From positions 1-53,957 of the forward strand of contig NW_021833814.1 in the NCBI RefSeq assembly GCF_006345805.1: 53,957 nucleotides of DNA, in the 5' to 3' direction. The position numbers and the translations under genes are program-made. Each line of letters starts with the position of its first letter. Positions within the stretch are counted from its first letter, which is position 1. Positions 1-12,243 of the stretch are shown here, piece after piece. The DNA is from Octopus sinensis. Lineage: Eukaryota. The notes below the pieces were generated by a model that did not search any database, was not told the origin of the DNA, and worked only from the letters and a program-made list of their open reading frames with translations.

Positions 1-1049
1 TTAAATAATTAAAAACGTAATATATTAATTATACAATAAAACGTTTACATACAAATAATTTGAAGGTAATTCCTCTGCAGCATCCTGTCTGTTTTCTAGG
101 TAGAAATGACTGTCAAGAACCAGATGTTACTAATTTAAATTTATCTTCTTAATGAAGGAGAATCATTATATCAACTTCGTAACATGTTCTTTTATATTTC
201 ACAGTAGGTGACCATGATTGCAGGTGTGCGAATAAGAGTTATAGCATAGAGTAGATAAGATCTGGGCTAGATATGTTTCATAGCGAGCAGAATCTCAGAG
301 GTGGTAAATATCCAAGCGAGATATATAACGCAGGCTAGTCTTTATGACAAGGATATCCTGATTCAATTAAAGGTTACATTGTCGCAAGTAGGTACATGTT
401 GCCGCATGGAATATTCAATCGAAATGTGTAGAGAGCACAGAAAGGGAGGAGAATATTAATGTAAAACAAGGGAAAAGAGCAAGAAAATATAAGGAAGTGA
501 GAGAAAAAAGGATTTTAAGCAAGGGCATATGATCGGTTATAATCAATAGATCTGTTTTGGCTGAATCACAGAAATTAGCAAGGGGAGTGGTATTTGTAAA
601 AAAGATAATTTGGATGGAGGAGGCGGGGAAAATATTTTTGATCAAGGGGGGGAAAGAAAGTGCGTATGAAGAAAGCAAGATAGAGTGATTAATTAAGCAT
701 CGTCATTTGACCGGTGACTTAATCACAAAAATTAGCAAAGAGTGTGGCATTATAAAAAATAATATGGAGGGAAAAGGGTGGGGAAATGCTTTTGGTCAAT
801 GTGGGGTGGTGGGGAGAAAAATATATATGCATGTAGAAAGTAAGAAAAGGAGGGGAAGAATCGTGGCGGCTACTATAGGTTTTTTTCAATAGAGGAATGT
901 ATATAGTGTGTGTTGAGCGTGTTTACAGTACGAAGTGGTGTAGTGCATAATGGCGTATGTACTTATAAGTTTACGAAAAAGAGGGAAAATTTATAAAAGT
1001 TAGGGGAGAAAAAGCGGGCTGGGTTTGTTATTATTTGTATTTTGAGAAT

Positions 1050-1790
1050 AGATTTAGTGACCGATGTTTGTAGGTAGATATTATACTATTGCGTTCATTA
1101 AGATAGTTCGTGGATTGCAAAGTAGCCAAGATCTCGGCTGTGCAGGGATCAAACTTGTTATTATAGCTGATGTATGGCTTGGCGTGGGTGACAATGGACC
1201 CCTTGAGAATGTAAAGAGTTGAATCAAACTTTTTTGTTAATTGAAAAGCTGAGGTAAAGACATGCCGTTGATTCTGTTTGGGACTTGAAGCTGGAGCAGT
1301 GGTCGCTCACTCTAGCTTTGAAGGTGATGCTACATGAGTCAATAGAAATGGAGTTACTGTTGGCATATGATACTGTACACTATAAACTACGTTTCTTGTG
1401 AGACAGCGGTTATCTAAATGACAGGAGGCTGGGCGTCTGCGGCAGCGTAGATCTGTAGGGGATGTTCTGGATGACCTTAAGAGGGGATTGCTATTTAGTG
1501 AGGAATCGGTGTTAAGTTTGGTTTTATTGCTGGCGTTAAGATCAGTGCTTGTTAAGGAGTTGAGGGTGGTGCTGTAGAGATGTAAAATATGATGATTATT
1601 GTGTCCGGTGGTATCTTCTGTGTTGTTCTCTATTTTTACAAGTTGGGCGTTGTGGTAAATTTAAGGATCAGGTGTTAGAAGTGGAATTATAGTTGGAGTT
1701 ATGGGGGTTAGTGCTGTTAAGGAGCTTAATTGGTATTTTGGGTTTATATGTGTGGAGCTGGGGGCTATGTTGAGTAAAAACGTAAAAAGC
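1050..1790 (-). mobile_element. Degenerate Penelope-like element, linker + GIY-YIG endonuclease remnant
   Basis: Manual minus-strand translation with stops and frameshifts gives DLRCRRRPASCHLDNRCLTRNVVYS, TFKARVSDHCSSFK and IVTHAK..NKFD..AEILAT...NER. These parallel CNFKNESSCPLEGKCLVKGVVYRA and SFKTRFYSHKNSFK in the PLE ORF at 41166-42662. Confidence 0.6.
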
Positions 1791-1794
1791 GTAA

Positions 1795-2080
1795 AATTCC
1801 TCCTATCCCACCCCTCCAATACCCGTCCAAATTTCAGAGTATCAGATGACCTAACAAACGATTCTCCTTTCCTACCCAGATGACCCCAAATCCGATATAC
1901 ACCATAACCCACCGAAACAGACACCATCATACACCTCCAAACTCTATATCCACCCAGTTAACCCCACTAATGGGATTAAACGAACGGGAATCCGGGAAGT
2001 TATCTGGTTCCACCCCATCCGATCCTCTTCGCCCTACCCGAAGAACATTTCCCTAAATCTAGCCCCCAATCTATAAAATC
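1795..2080 (+). mobile_element. Inverted upstream fragment of the same Penelope-like element (RT thumb region)
   Basis: The plus strand encodes REVIWFHP (cf. RKVLWFNP in the 41166-42662 ORF). The G/T versus C/A strand skew flips at ~1795. Confidence 0.45.
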
Positions 2081-3149
2081 AGTTCTTGAAAATAGAATCT
2101 TGAAGTAATTTTCTTTTCCCGTCTCTCGTATTTCTTTGCCAAACACATAATGATAAAATATATCAATATGTAAAATGTGTCTTGTATTTTTATATCATTG
2201 GCTAAGGACAAACCATGCTGGTAGAGGAATTGCAAGACAGGCAGCTTTCTTTCTCTCTCTCTCCTTTTTTCTCTAAGGTTTCTTTTGCATTACCCTCTCC
2301 GAAAAAGACAGATTCTTACTGCACTAGCAACGTATATAATAGCATGGTGTCTGTTATGCATTTTGTTTTCAAGTATGCGCGACAATACTTCGAGTGCACT
2401 CTCATACTTCTCCTGAAAATGGCGTTCTGCTTCACATGTGAGGTTTCAAGCACTCTGGAGAGTATCTTTGAACGGAAGGAACTAATTGTCCTTAATGGCA
2501 GCAGTTATTCAAGTAACTGTTGGAAGGTTTAGATACCAAATGTTTGACCAAACATGGGGAAATTAAAAGAATAATAATTTATTTAATAATGATAATGAGA
2601 TGATACTGCTGGTTTCTTTTTAGTGTTGATACAACAACGTTAGAGAAATTTATGTTTCAAGGTGCTGAAACGTCTTTATCATTATTTTATATAACACGTA
2701 CATACAAGCTGTTAATTCTTTATTGTAGATTCAGTACAATATATGGATATACGTTAATTCATAAGAAGGAACCTTGCTGAAGTAACCAAAGATGATGAAT
2801 ATCCTTCAGAGACAAAGGACCTTAAAGAGTCAGCTTTTGAAGAATTAGAACATTATGATACAGTTATATTCTCATAGGATTCTGATTCAACAAATTTATA
2901 AGGCACAAGATGACATCAGGGTGATTATGTTGTGATAGACACAGAAGGACTAGCCGGACTGTGGTTAAGGATAAGAAAATATTTCATTTGAAAGGCGCCT
3001 TTCAGAACAGCAGCCGACGCTCGACAGTCTCAACAAACTCATCTTGAAAACATTAGCAACAACCAAAGCAATAAATCTTCATAGCGAAAACTCAAGAAAA
3101 GTTTCGTAAACATTGTTTGATTCAAGATGTTGCGGTTTCAATCTAGGGT

Positions 3150-4250
3150 TATATAAATCACGTCAATGAGTACAGCATTCCGGAAAAGTGCTTTTACTGT
3201 CCACATGTTCCAGAAAAATACTGATGAGTAAGAATTCATTAAAACAAGCCTTCGCGATGGCAAGTATGCTTTGGGAGTAAAATGAACCAAATCTATATTT
3301 CAGCTGATTCTCTACAGAGGGAATATCAAACTTTTGGGAAAGGAGCACGTGATGCCACTCTTATCCAGTTGTCAAGAAAGGAAAATTAATGGTATCTATA
3401 TTGCAATTTATTTTTCACTGCTATTATTTGGATAACGAAGGAACTGCAATTATTTGTGCGAGCCTGGAAAATTACCGACGAAGTTCCCCTAAACAACATC
3501 ATCGCAGCGGCATTAACAAGTAATGATATTCCCAGAACCACGGCCCAGATCGGAAGAAACTGTAATTCCTCCATTCCTATGCTTTCATTAGACAGCCCAT
3601 CGACACTCTTGACACCATTCTGGGTATCTGATTGCACCAATAATGTTAAAAAGATGGATGTAACCTCAAGGATTCAACGGTCTCTCAAAAGGACAAAACC
3701 TAAGCCACGACTGAGAGACCTGCAAATGAAGGAAACACTGTTACTGACCCTGCCCCATCACTTTAGACAATCAATGATTTAATAGAGCTGAAAAAGGAAA
3801 ACCAAAACACGTAATTGACAAAAAAAAAGCTGTCAGAAACAAGGAAAAACGAGAAGTGAAAAACAAAGGAAACGAAGAAAAGACAAAACATTTTGGAGCA
3901 AAACAAAAAACATAGAAGTTACAAAAGTAAAAGCAGAAACATTTGCAGATTTTACCTTTAAGAGAACGTCTAGTGCGGCGATGATGGTGCAAAGAGTCCT
4001 ACGAAAACTGCACAAGCCCAAAGCAATACTTTTTTCCATGAAGAGGACAAAAGGAAAGGTTACATACTGTCTGCTGCCCAAAGACGATATGCAGATGTAG
4101 TGTTTACCCCCAACAAATAGTCAGCCTCATTCAGATGTGAAAATGGCAGGAGCTGAACAATAATTCATTTTGAGCTTTGCACAAAAATTTTTCCTGCAGC
4201 TGCACTGGCTATAAGCACAAACTTGGATGCACACCGACCATCACATGGCC
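3150..4250 (+). pseudogene. Probable LINE ORF1 remnant (PHD-like and CCCH-like cysteine motifs, Lys-rich segment)
   Basis: Fragments KCFYCPH, GRNCNS..FWVSDC and ICRFY..CGDDG lie upstream of the APE domain. The region is heavily disrupted. Confidence 0.4.
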
Positions 4251-4289
4251 ACCACAAGCAATAGATACAGGATGGCCACCACTAAGACC

Positions 4290-7130
4290 AACTCAAACGC
4301 CGCACAAATATTTCTTTTGAACACCAGACGTCTGTTGCACCTCAGTAACAAAACAAATATCTCTTTCCTGAGAGACCGTGCTGCATGCAACCAAATCCCA
4401 TGCATAGCACTTGTGAAAACGCATCTTAGACTCGATATAGGGGGTGCAGAACTACATATATCAAAATATGTTGTAATACGCTCAGACAGAAAAGAAAGGA
4501 TCCATGGTTGATTTGCTGTGTACATCCGAGAGAAAATCATACCCGGGTCCTGCTGTCATATTCAAATTCAGTGTGTGGCACTCAAATTGTACACATGAGA
4601 CAACTTAATTTTGCTATATGTACAACATATCGGCCACCGGATGTTCCATATCATACGGGTAAGTTTGAAGACTGCCTCGCAAAGGTAGAAGTTCTCATGA
4701 AACTGGAGCAACACGTCAGTGTATTCCTTTTGGGTGACTTTAACTTCCCGAGGGTCAGATGCTTTCAGGAATGACACACCACCAAAAAGCACAGATAGAG
4801 TCCCTGCTCCACTTTATCAAAGCTTCACTCATGGAGCAAATTGTTTTGCAACCAGCCACAGCAAATGATATAATGGATCCCTGCTTCACAAACAGTATGG
4901 ACATTGGTCCATAATGTGAAAGTGACACCGACACTAGTCATGGATCACAACATAATAGAGCTGTCTATGTATGGACCAAAATTCCCTACAGGCATACAGC
5001 CTATACGAGGCACTCGAAATCTCTCCAGTCTGAAGAGTCATAAAGCTACGTGGAAGTTGATTGAAAAAGACAGTAGCCAAAAGGATTGGTCTATATATCT
5101 CCCCACACGAGACATTGATATGAAACACAAGCATTTCATGTCCATAAGACAAGCCATATGTAACAAATCTGTCCGAAAGCACAAGGCCAACATACACAAA
5201 AACAAAATACTTAGGGAAAGGAAAATATTTATGAGACGACGGACAAAGATTGCGAAATTTCCTGAACAAACACTCCAAAATTAGTGAAAAGTCCCGCCAG
5301 AAGAGCGCGCTATTGTCGATTGACAAAAGTCTGCATAAGTGTTATGAAAAAGAGAGAGAAGATAGGGATTTATAGAAAATGTTAAATCGAACACCAAAGC
5401 TTTCTTTAACTTTGCCAAAGAAATAGCCTCAGTACGTTACAAGATAGGGCCCTCTTTTCCAAAATGATGGCTCGTTCATAGGAAACCCAATGAGGATAAG
5501 TGAAATACTGAACGAACAGTTTCAAAGTGTGTTTACGCCCCTCTAGGATACAGGCAAATGAACGAATCACCAAATTTCTTTGCCACTTTACCTGTAACGA
5601 AAGAGGATAATATTAGTTACATCGGCATTAAAGATGTAACACTGGCCATATATGACGTAAACAAAACTCAGGTGCTGGCTCTGGTGGATTCCCAGCAATC
5701 CTTCTCAAATCATGCAAACGAGTCCTTGCAAAACCACTGCATATTCTTATTCAGAGTTCTCTTGCAAGTGTATCTCCCAAACAACTGAGGGAAGGGATTA
5801 TATGCTCCATCCACAAAAGAGGAAGCAGAGCAGATGATAAAAATTATAAGCCTATCTGTTTGACCTCACACATTAGCAAAGTCATAGAACGAATAGTCAG
5901 CAAGAAACTAATTGCGTTCGTTGAAGAGAATGATATGCTGACTGACACCCAGTATGGATTTCAACAAGGGAGAAGCTGCCTGTACAGCTCTTACAACATT
6001 ACGGCTGAGTGTTAAAGCAACAGCTCAACGACTCAAGTGTAGCTGTGATATATCTCGACTTTGCAAAAGCCCTTGATAAAGTTGACCGTAGTATGATACA
6101 TTACAAACTGCATGATCTCAGCATCGTCGGAAAGCTGGAGAGTGGCTGGATGACTTTATAAAAGATAGATGTCAAGCAGTGGTGGCCAATGGAGCCACCT
6201 CAAAAGAAACGTAAATAGTAAGTGGTGTTACACAGGATACTGTCCTAGGACCACTGCTATTTATAGTGGTCCTCTCAGACGCCCTCAACTGCTCAAATAA
6301 GCCAATCTCTCTAGCTATGCAAATGACAAGCCTCTCAAACGATTCAGAACCCTGGAAATAGTGCGCATTTGCAACGAGAACTGGACGCAATATACAGGTA
6401 GGCTGAGAGCAACAACATGCAGTTTAATGATTGAAAATTCCAGGCTCTGAGCTACCAGCATACAAAGCTGAAAGACATGCAAACAAAATACTCTGGCCCT
6501 GGAGGAATCGCAGTCCCTGAATTAAAATCAATAGAGACCCGAGCATTGACATGAATAATGATGTATCTTTCCAGGTGCTTTTTACTAATTTGTTAAGAAA
6601 ATTCAGACGGGTAGGTGGATGGATCCTCCGAACTTTCAGAACGAAAGGAAAGGAAATTATGATGGTCTTTTGGAAGACATATGTCCTCATCTTCTTGGAC
6701 TATTGCTCCAAATATGGCCACTACACAGTATAAAATTAACAGCGGAACTCGAAGCAATCCAACGAATCTACACTAACAAAATCGTCTCAATTACAAACGT
6801 ATCAACTACTGGGAAACTCTAAAAGAGTTAAGACTGTTTTCCTTTCAATGAAGGCGGGAAAGATATGCTGGGATATATATCTGGAAAATTCTGGAAGGCC
6901 TTGTACTGTGGCATTGAAAGTTACACAAATAGCAGAACGGGGCACCACTGCAGAGTGCCAAAGATCCCATTATTACCATCAAAATAGGGATCAGATATAG
7001 CAACAGCTTGGGTGGGTTTCAATGACTCGCGGCTCTTCAATATCCTTCCAAATGTCCGAGAGACCGGCATGGTATGGATATAGGTGTCGTCAAGATGAAA
7101 CTGGATCTCCTCCTGTCAAGGGTTCCAGAT
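4290..7130 (+). pseudogene. LINE ORF2 (APE endonuclease + reverse transcriptase), many stops and frameshifts
   Basis: ORF pieces 4227-4511, 4508-4774, 4904-5284 and 6551-6733, plus manually read RT motifs at 5800-6330. Confidence 0.85.
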
Positions 7131-7357
7131 ATACCTATTTCTTTATTACCCACAAGGGGCTAACACAGAGGGGACAAACAAGACAGACATAGGTATTAAG
7201 TCGATTACATCGACCCCAGTGCGTAACTGGTACTTAATTTATCGACCCCGAAAGGATGAAAGTCGACCTCGGCGGAATTCGAACTCACAGCGTAACGCAG
7301 ACGAAATACCGCTAAGCATTTTGCCCGGCGTGCTAACGTTTCTGCAGCTCGCCGCTT
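7131..7357 (-). mobile_element. tRNA-derived SINE (family 1) nested in the LINE 3' end
   Basis: The reverse complement is colinear with the SINE at 10254-10463 (cgttagcacgccgg..aaatgcttagc..gagttc.aattccg.cgaggtcgacttt..catcctttcggggtcgataaa). LINE sequence resumes on both sides. Confidence 0.85.
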
Positions 7358-8689
7358 ACGGCAGGAAACACAGATGAGGGCAGCAGCACACAAACTCCCT
7401 CATTCACCAAATGCCACGAATCAGACAGGTTTCAAATAATGATGGCGTAGCAGAGCCAACGGTGGTGCCCCAGCATGGAGGCAACTTTAAAGCTGAAACG
7501 AATTAAAGAGTTAAATTGCTATGTATAACCCTCCAAAAATCAGAACTTATGGAGCTGCTGTATGTATGAACGAATTTCTATTGAATTTCGTTTTACCTTT
7601 ACCGACGTTATATACAAAAATGTTGTTGAAATGCAAAATTTCGTCCAAAGAGAAAAAAGAAAGATTTTTATTTTAATTTGGCTTTGTAAATTTCGATAAA
7701 ATTAATTTAGCATTACCTGCTTAAATAGCTTTTGAGAGACCAGAGCTGAAACTAAAAAATTAACCTAAAATTGTCGCTGCTTTCTTACGTTGGAATAGAC
7801 GAACGTTGGTTCTTATAAACTGTTTACCATATTCTTCAGAAAACTTTTCGATGTTACTTTCATCATTTCTTCTTAGTTTGAATTACAATTTCTTTCATTT
7901 CTCAAAAGAAATCAATCACACGCAAATGTTTTATTTGGTATATTATTTAGATGATGGATAAAATGTGTTAAAGATTCGGTTTATCTGCATGTAGTATTTA
8001 GTTTAGACACGTTACGCTTTGAGATCAAATGCTGTCCAGGTTAACTTGTGTTTAATTCTTTGAAGGTCGATAAAGTAATACCCATTGCTTCATTGGTATT
8101 CAGGTAAATTTAATAATCTTATAATACTTCCAATGTATGAATGGATTTATAAGAGAAGACTAATTTAGAACGAAAAAAAGTTAGCAATAAAAATAAACAA
8201 AAGAATTATCTGAATTAAATTGGTTTTATTGATAAAGAAACACACATTTTATCTGATATAATTATTATTAGCAAACGTGATCCGTTGAAGTCTTGCTCAC
8301 ATTTCATTGAGAAGTAAATGATTTTGGGGTGAATTCCTTTAACGGTCATCAAGTTTCTTTAGTAGGCCCTTAGTGTTATCATATGAAAAGGCGATACATG
8401 TAGAAGATACCATACATAAACGTGAACAATCCAAAACCGAGCGGGCATACATTTGAGCCTAGATTACAAGGTTGAGATATGGATTTTGTTTGAAGGAAAA
8501 AGTTGAATAAGCTGTCGAATCATTGATTTCTTTTTCTGCAATAGAAAAGAGGAAATAAAAAACAAGAAATATAAGAACATAAATCAAACTATTGCTCTTC
8601 ATTGACTAGGTACAAGGGAAACGAATAGATATGGTCTATTGATTCGTTAGATCGATTTTATTGATGTTCCATTTGGACATCTTTAAGTT

Positions 8690-9000
8690 AGTGTGAGTGG
8701 GCAGTGAGTTCTTGAGTGTTGCCTAATCTAGAAATGAAAGAGTTCTTGAGTGTTGCCTAATCTAGAAATAATAACCGATGTGGGATCTGGCTGGTGAAAT
8801 AGAAGGAGAAGGGGTATGTGGCTGGTTATCTCGAAGGTAGATAGATTCTCGTATTACCATCGAGACGTATTGTTGTATTTCCTTACCAGTTTGTAATGAA
8901 GTGTGCTGAGATTTTTAATGAGAACAGGGATTAATATTATTTCATCTGCCAGATTTTAAATGTATTTGTGGATCAGTTTTACGACATCCTTTTGCAAGAC
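8690..9000 (-). mobile_element. Possible Penelope-like GIY-YIG C-terminal remnant
   Basis: The minus strand encodes VIRESIYLRDNQP, resembling the PLE EN C-terminal R.I.ES..I...P motif. Otherwise highly decayed. Confidence 0.3.
8706..8769. repeat. 30-bp perfect direct duplication (34-bp period)
   Basis: gagttcttgagtgttgcctaatctagaaat occurs at 8706-8735 and 8740-8769. Confidence 0.95.
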
Positions 9001-10253
9001 TATTAATTTACTGCTAATATATTTCATTAAGAATTAAGTCTCTAAGCAGAAATACGCATATGATGTGGAAGAAAGATATATTTACTAATTTCTTAATTTT
9101 TTGCGGCCAGAACTAGAGATCAATGAATTAAAGATGAGAAAAAAGAAAAAAAAAAGAACACAAAAAATAAACAAAAAGAGGGTCTTACTGTTAACGAAAT
9201 ATAAGAGTCGAAAACTCTTATACACATCCAACGGAGTTAATCTTCTCCAGTGTATTTGACTGTTTGAAATCGTTCCAAAGTTCTGAAATGGAATAAAATG
9301 GTTTCTTATTCTTCTGAAGGGCTTAATATCTTCCGTGATTTCTTTAATATCAATCAAGAAATACTAATCTCTTTAATACAATCGACTTACCTATTTATAT
9401 AAGACGATCTTATAGAAGAAATCATTACTTCTTTAATATATGTTGAGTTTTATTTGCTATCATTTATTTCTAGTAATAGCACAAGGCCTCAGATATAAAT
9501 GGACACACGTTTAGAAAGATTATTGCTACTTTCGAAATGTACTTCAAACATGACTTTATATGTATAACGGTATAATTGTTACGGGAAAGGCGTAACAGAC
9601 ACGATGTAGCAAGTTGTTTGTAACACGTAGAGATGTGACAAGTTGGCGATAGACTGTGCATTGCTTAGATGATATTTCTGAATGCACTGCAAAGAACTGC
9701 TGAAAGGTAATTCACACTGACTGTAGATTTTACTTACGCGGTTATGGAACCGCAACGAGTTGGAAGTAAACACAAAATTTAGTTAGTTTTGATGGATAAT
9801 CTATCACCATGGTAGTTGTTAATAGTGAACCCTAACTGCGTGCAAGGAGGAGGACAAATGGCGCAAAGCTCGCGAGAAGGTGCCATAGTTAACTGTTTGG
9901 AAGTTGCAGAGGAAAGAACATTTTTCTCTTGGTATCTCGAATTTATTGCAGAGCTAAAGTCAAGTTAGATCATTGACAATAGATCGGAATGGATTAACAA
10001 GATTAAACTCTGTCTCATCTAAAATGGTGGCGAATAAAATAGGTAAAACGAATGAATTCTAAACACAATTGCGAGAACAATAAAACAAGCGGGAAGACCG
10101 AGGTTTCGATTCTTGGTAAGGGGTCTGATGAATATGTCTTACAAATATAATTAGTCCGCATTGGAGTAGGAAAAATGATTTTTCTTCTGGAATAGCTCGG
10201 AGAAGCGTGTAGAATAGATCGGAATTAATTTAATATGTTGTCTGTAATGTTAA

Positions 10254-10463
10254 AGCGGCGAAGTGGCCGAATCGTTAGCACGCCGGACAAAATGCTTAGC
10301 AGAATTTGACCGTCTTTACGTTCCGAGTTCAATTCCGTCGAGGTCGACTTTGTCTTCATTCTTTCGGGGTCGATAAACCAGGTAACAGTTGAACACTGAG
10401 GCCGATGTAATGTGTTAACCCCACCCCTGAAATTGCTGGCCTTGTGCCAAAGTTTGAAACCAA
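10254..10463 (+). mobile_element. tRNA-derived SINE (family 1, different tail)
   Basis: Its head and core match the element at 7131-7357, with a B-box-like gagttcaattcc. The 3' part differs. Confidence 0.8.
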
Positions 10464-10754
10464 TGCATTGCATGTAATGTATATCATAGAAAAAACCGCC
10501 AGAGGATTCATTTTTATGATTTTTATTTTAAGAGGGTGGGGAGGGGGAGAGAGAGAGTGTAGATTGTGTTATTAGTTATGTCTATGTTAATTTCTTTTTA
10601 AAAACTTAATCAAACGAGAAGGATTAATAACCATGAAAGATCGCAGGACTTTCGATAAGAGGAAGAAAATATGTCACACTGGTTACCATTAATGATTTGT
10701 AGGCACATCGTATTTAGTCATGAAACCATAACATATTACAAAATACGTTAAACG

Positions 10755-11080
10755 TTTTTGTGAGTCAGCATCACGTTCTACCCATATTTTTATGAGTCAG
10801 CATCACATTTTACTCATATTCTTATGAGTCAGCATCATGTTCTACCCATATTTTTATGAGTCAGCATCACGTTCTACCCATATTTCTACGAGTCAGCATC
10901 ACATTCTACCCATATTTTTATAAATCAGAATCACGTTCTACCTATATTTTTATGAGTCAGTCTCACGTTCTACCCATATTTCTACGAGTCAGTCTCGCAT
11001 TCTACCCATATTCTTATGAGTCAGCATCACGTTCTCTACCCATATTTTTATAATAAGAATCACGTTCTACCCATATTTTT
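10755..11080. repeat. 32-bp minisatellite, ~10 units (atgagtcagcatcacgttctacccatattttt)
   Basis: Unit starts at 10760, 10792, 10824, 10856, 10888, 10920, 10952, 10984, 11016 and ~11050. Confidence 0.95.
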
Positions 11081-11355
11081 TCTCCGATCTCATTGTTTAC
11101 ATCTGATGTCTCGATACGAAAGGTTGTATTAAAAACTCCGTTCTGGCTATAATTTCTATAGAAAGAACCTTAACAAAATAACACCGATATTAACACTGTT
11201 AATAATACACCAGTTACAGTTAAGCACGATTTCTATCTCCTTCTAACTTCCTGCTGGAAGTTGTGGCTTCAGCGGACTTCTCGAGTTCTTGCGCTTGCTG
11301 GTACATCAGTTGCAAACTATATATGTGTATATATGAGAGCTATATGTGCGCGCGG

Positions 11356-11406
11356 TATGTGTGTGTGTGTGTGTGTGTGTATGTGTCCGGTATGTGTGTG
11401 TGTGTG
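11356..11406. repeat. (GT)n microsatellite, interrupted
   Basis: Seen directly. Confidence 0.95.
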
Positions 11407-11869
11407 GATTAAGTCTTCGATGGTGAATCCCTTCTGTTGGCATCACCTAAGAAACAACGAAATTTTGGAAGGGAATTTGCAGTAAGAAGCTGCGTATCAA
11501 CTTATTCTTCGAGAATAAGTTAATTCAAGAGATCTTTATTATCCTAGAAATAGCAACCAAATCACCCTCAAATCCACAACTTTATAGAACTCAAAATGTT
11601 CACGTTGGATAATGTGCTCCTGGAATCCTTGTACAAAGAGGAAAATGACTGGATGGTCACGACTGGAATATACCGTGGCTATTTAGCCTTTTCATCATAA
11701 GTCTGCTCAATTAAGCCTTATAACATGAACATGAACATGAAAAGCAACAAACACTGAAAACACACGTGCGTGCGCACACCCCCACATACTCACACACACA
11801 GATACATCGCATTATAAGTACTCAAGAGCGTCAGAATGGAGTCTGCACCTCAATGTAATGCGCTTTTTA

Positions 11870-12020
11870 TCTTGATATGAGATCACCATGTAGCGCACAA
11901 ATAGTTGTGATGCATGTGCCTCGTGTACCGTTATCAGTCGGGTATTCTGATGAGTATACTGGGTTTCATATATTTTATCCCAGTGTCACTTTGATGGCAT
12001 GCACTGCTCTCTCTCTCACT
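11870..12020 (+). mobile_element. Possible non-LTR retrotransposon 3' UTR remnant
   Basis: tgatgcatgtgcc..tattttatcccagtgtcactttgatggcatgcactgctctctc resembles a recalled cephalopod LINE 3' end. There is no second copy in the window to confirm it. Confidence 0.3.
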
Positions 12021-12243
12021 TACAGGTGGCTAAGGAACGCTGTGACCTTCCTAGACCCCAGCGTTGAGCCCACTCCTGAGTCAATGGATTTTGGATTTGA
12101 TTTTCAATAATTTTGAATTTTTATCACTTTTCATTCTGAAGTCGTCAAAGACAGGATTGCTATCGAAATATCGTTCAACCAATAAAATATAAATTAAAGA
12201 TTGTTTGGCAACATAACATGGCAGTCCTGGTTTAGAACGAATA

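Larger units (their letters stand above)
2990..7510 (+). mobile_element. Degenerate near full-length CR1/L2-type (APE-RT) LINE, family A
   Basis: Disrupted ORF2 has APE motifs (IALVKTHL, IRSDRK, YRPPD, LLGDFNFP, DHNIIEL) and RT motifs (NYKPICLTSH, QYGFQQGRSC, YLDFAK, GPLLFI). The 3' end lies at ~7460-7510, with a SINE nested at 7131-7357. The 5' boundary is approximate. Confidence 0.85.

Noticed and set aside
415-678. IITDHMPLL as a Gypsy RNase H motif
   Set aside because: It is a single short motif with no other LTR-retrotransposon domains nearby, in a low-complexity pyrimidine-rich strand.
2215-2532. 105-aa ORF as a host gene
   Set aside because: No recognisable motif or splice context; expected by chance.
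8325-8355. Minus-strand ttgatgacc-gttaaa-gg as a decayed hammerhead
   Set aside because: No GAAA or stem III; too degenerate to support.
10755-11080. 32-bp repeats as a CRISPR array
   Set aside because: The units are head to tail with no unique spacers, there are no cas genes, and the context is eukaryotic.
11947-11970. CTGATGA as a hammerhead core
   Set aside because: No stem II or GAAA downstream.
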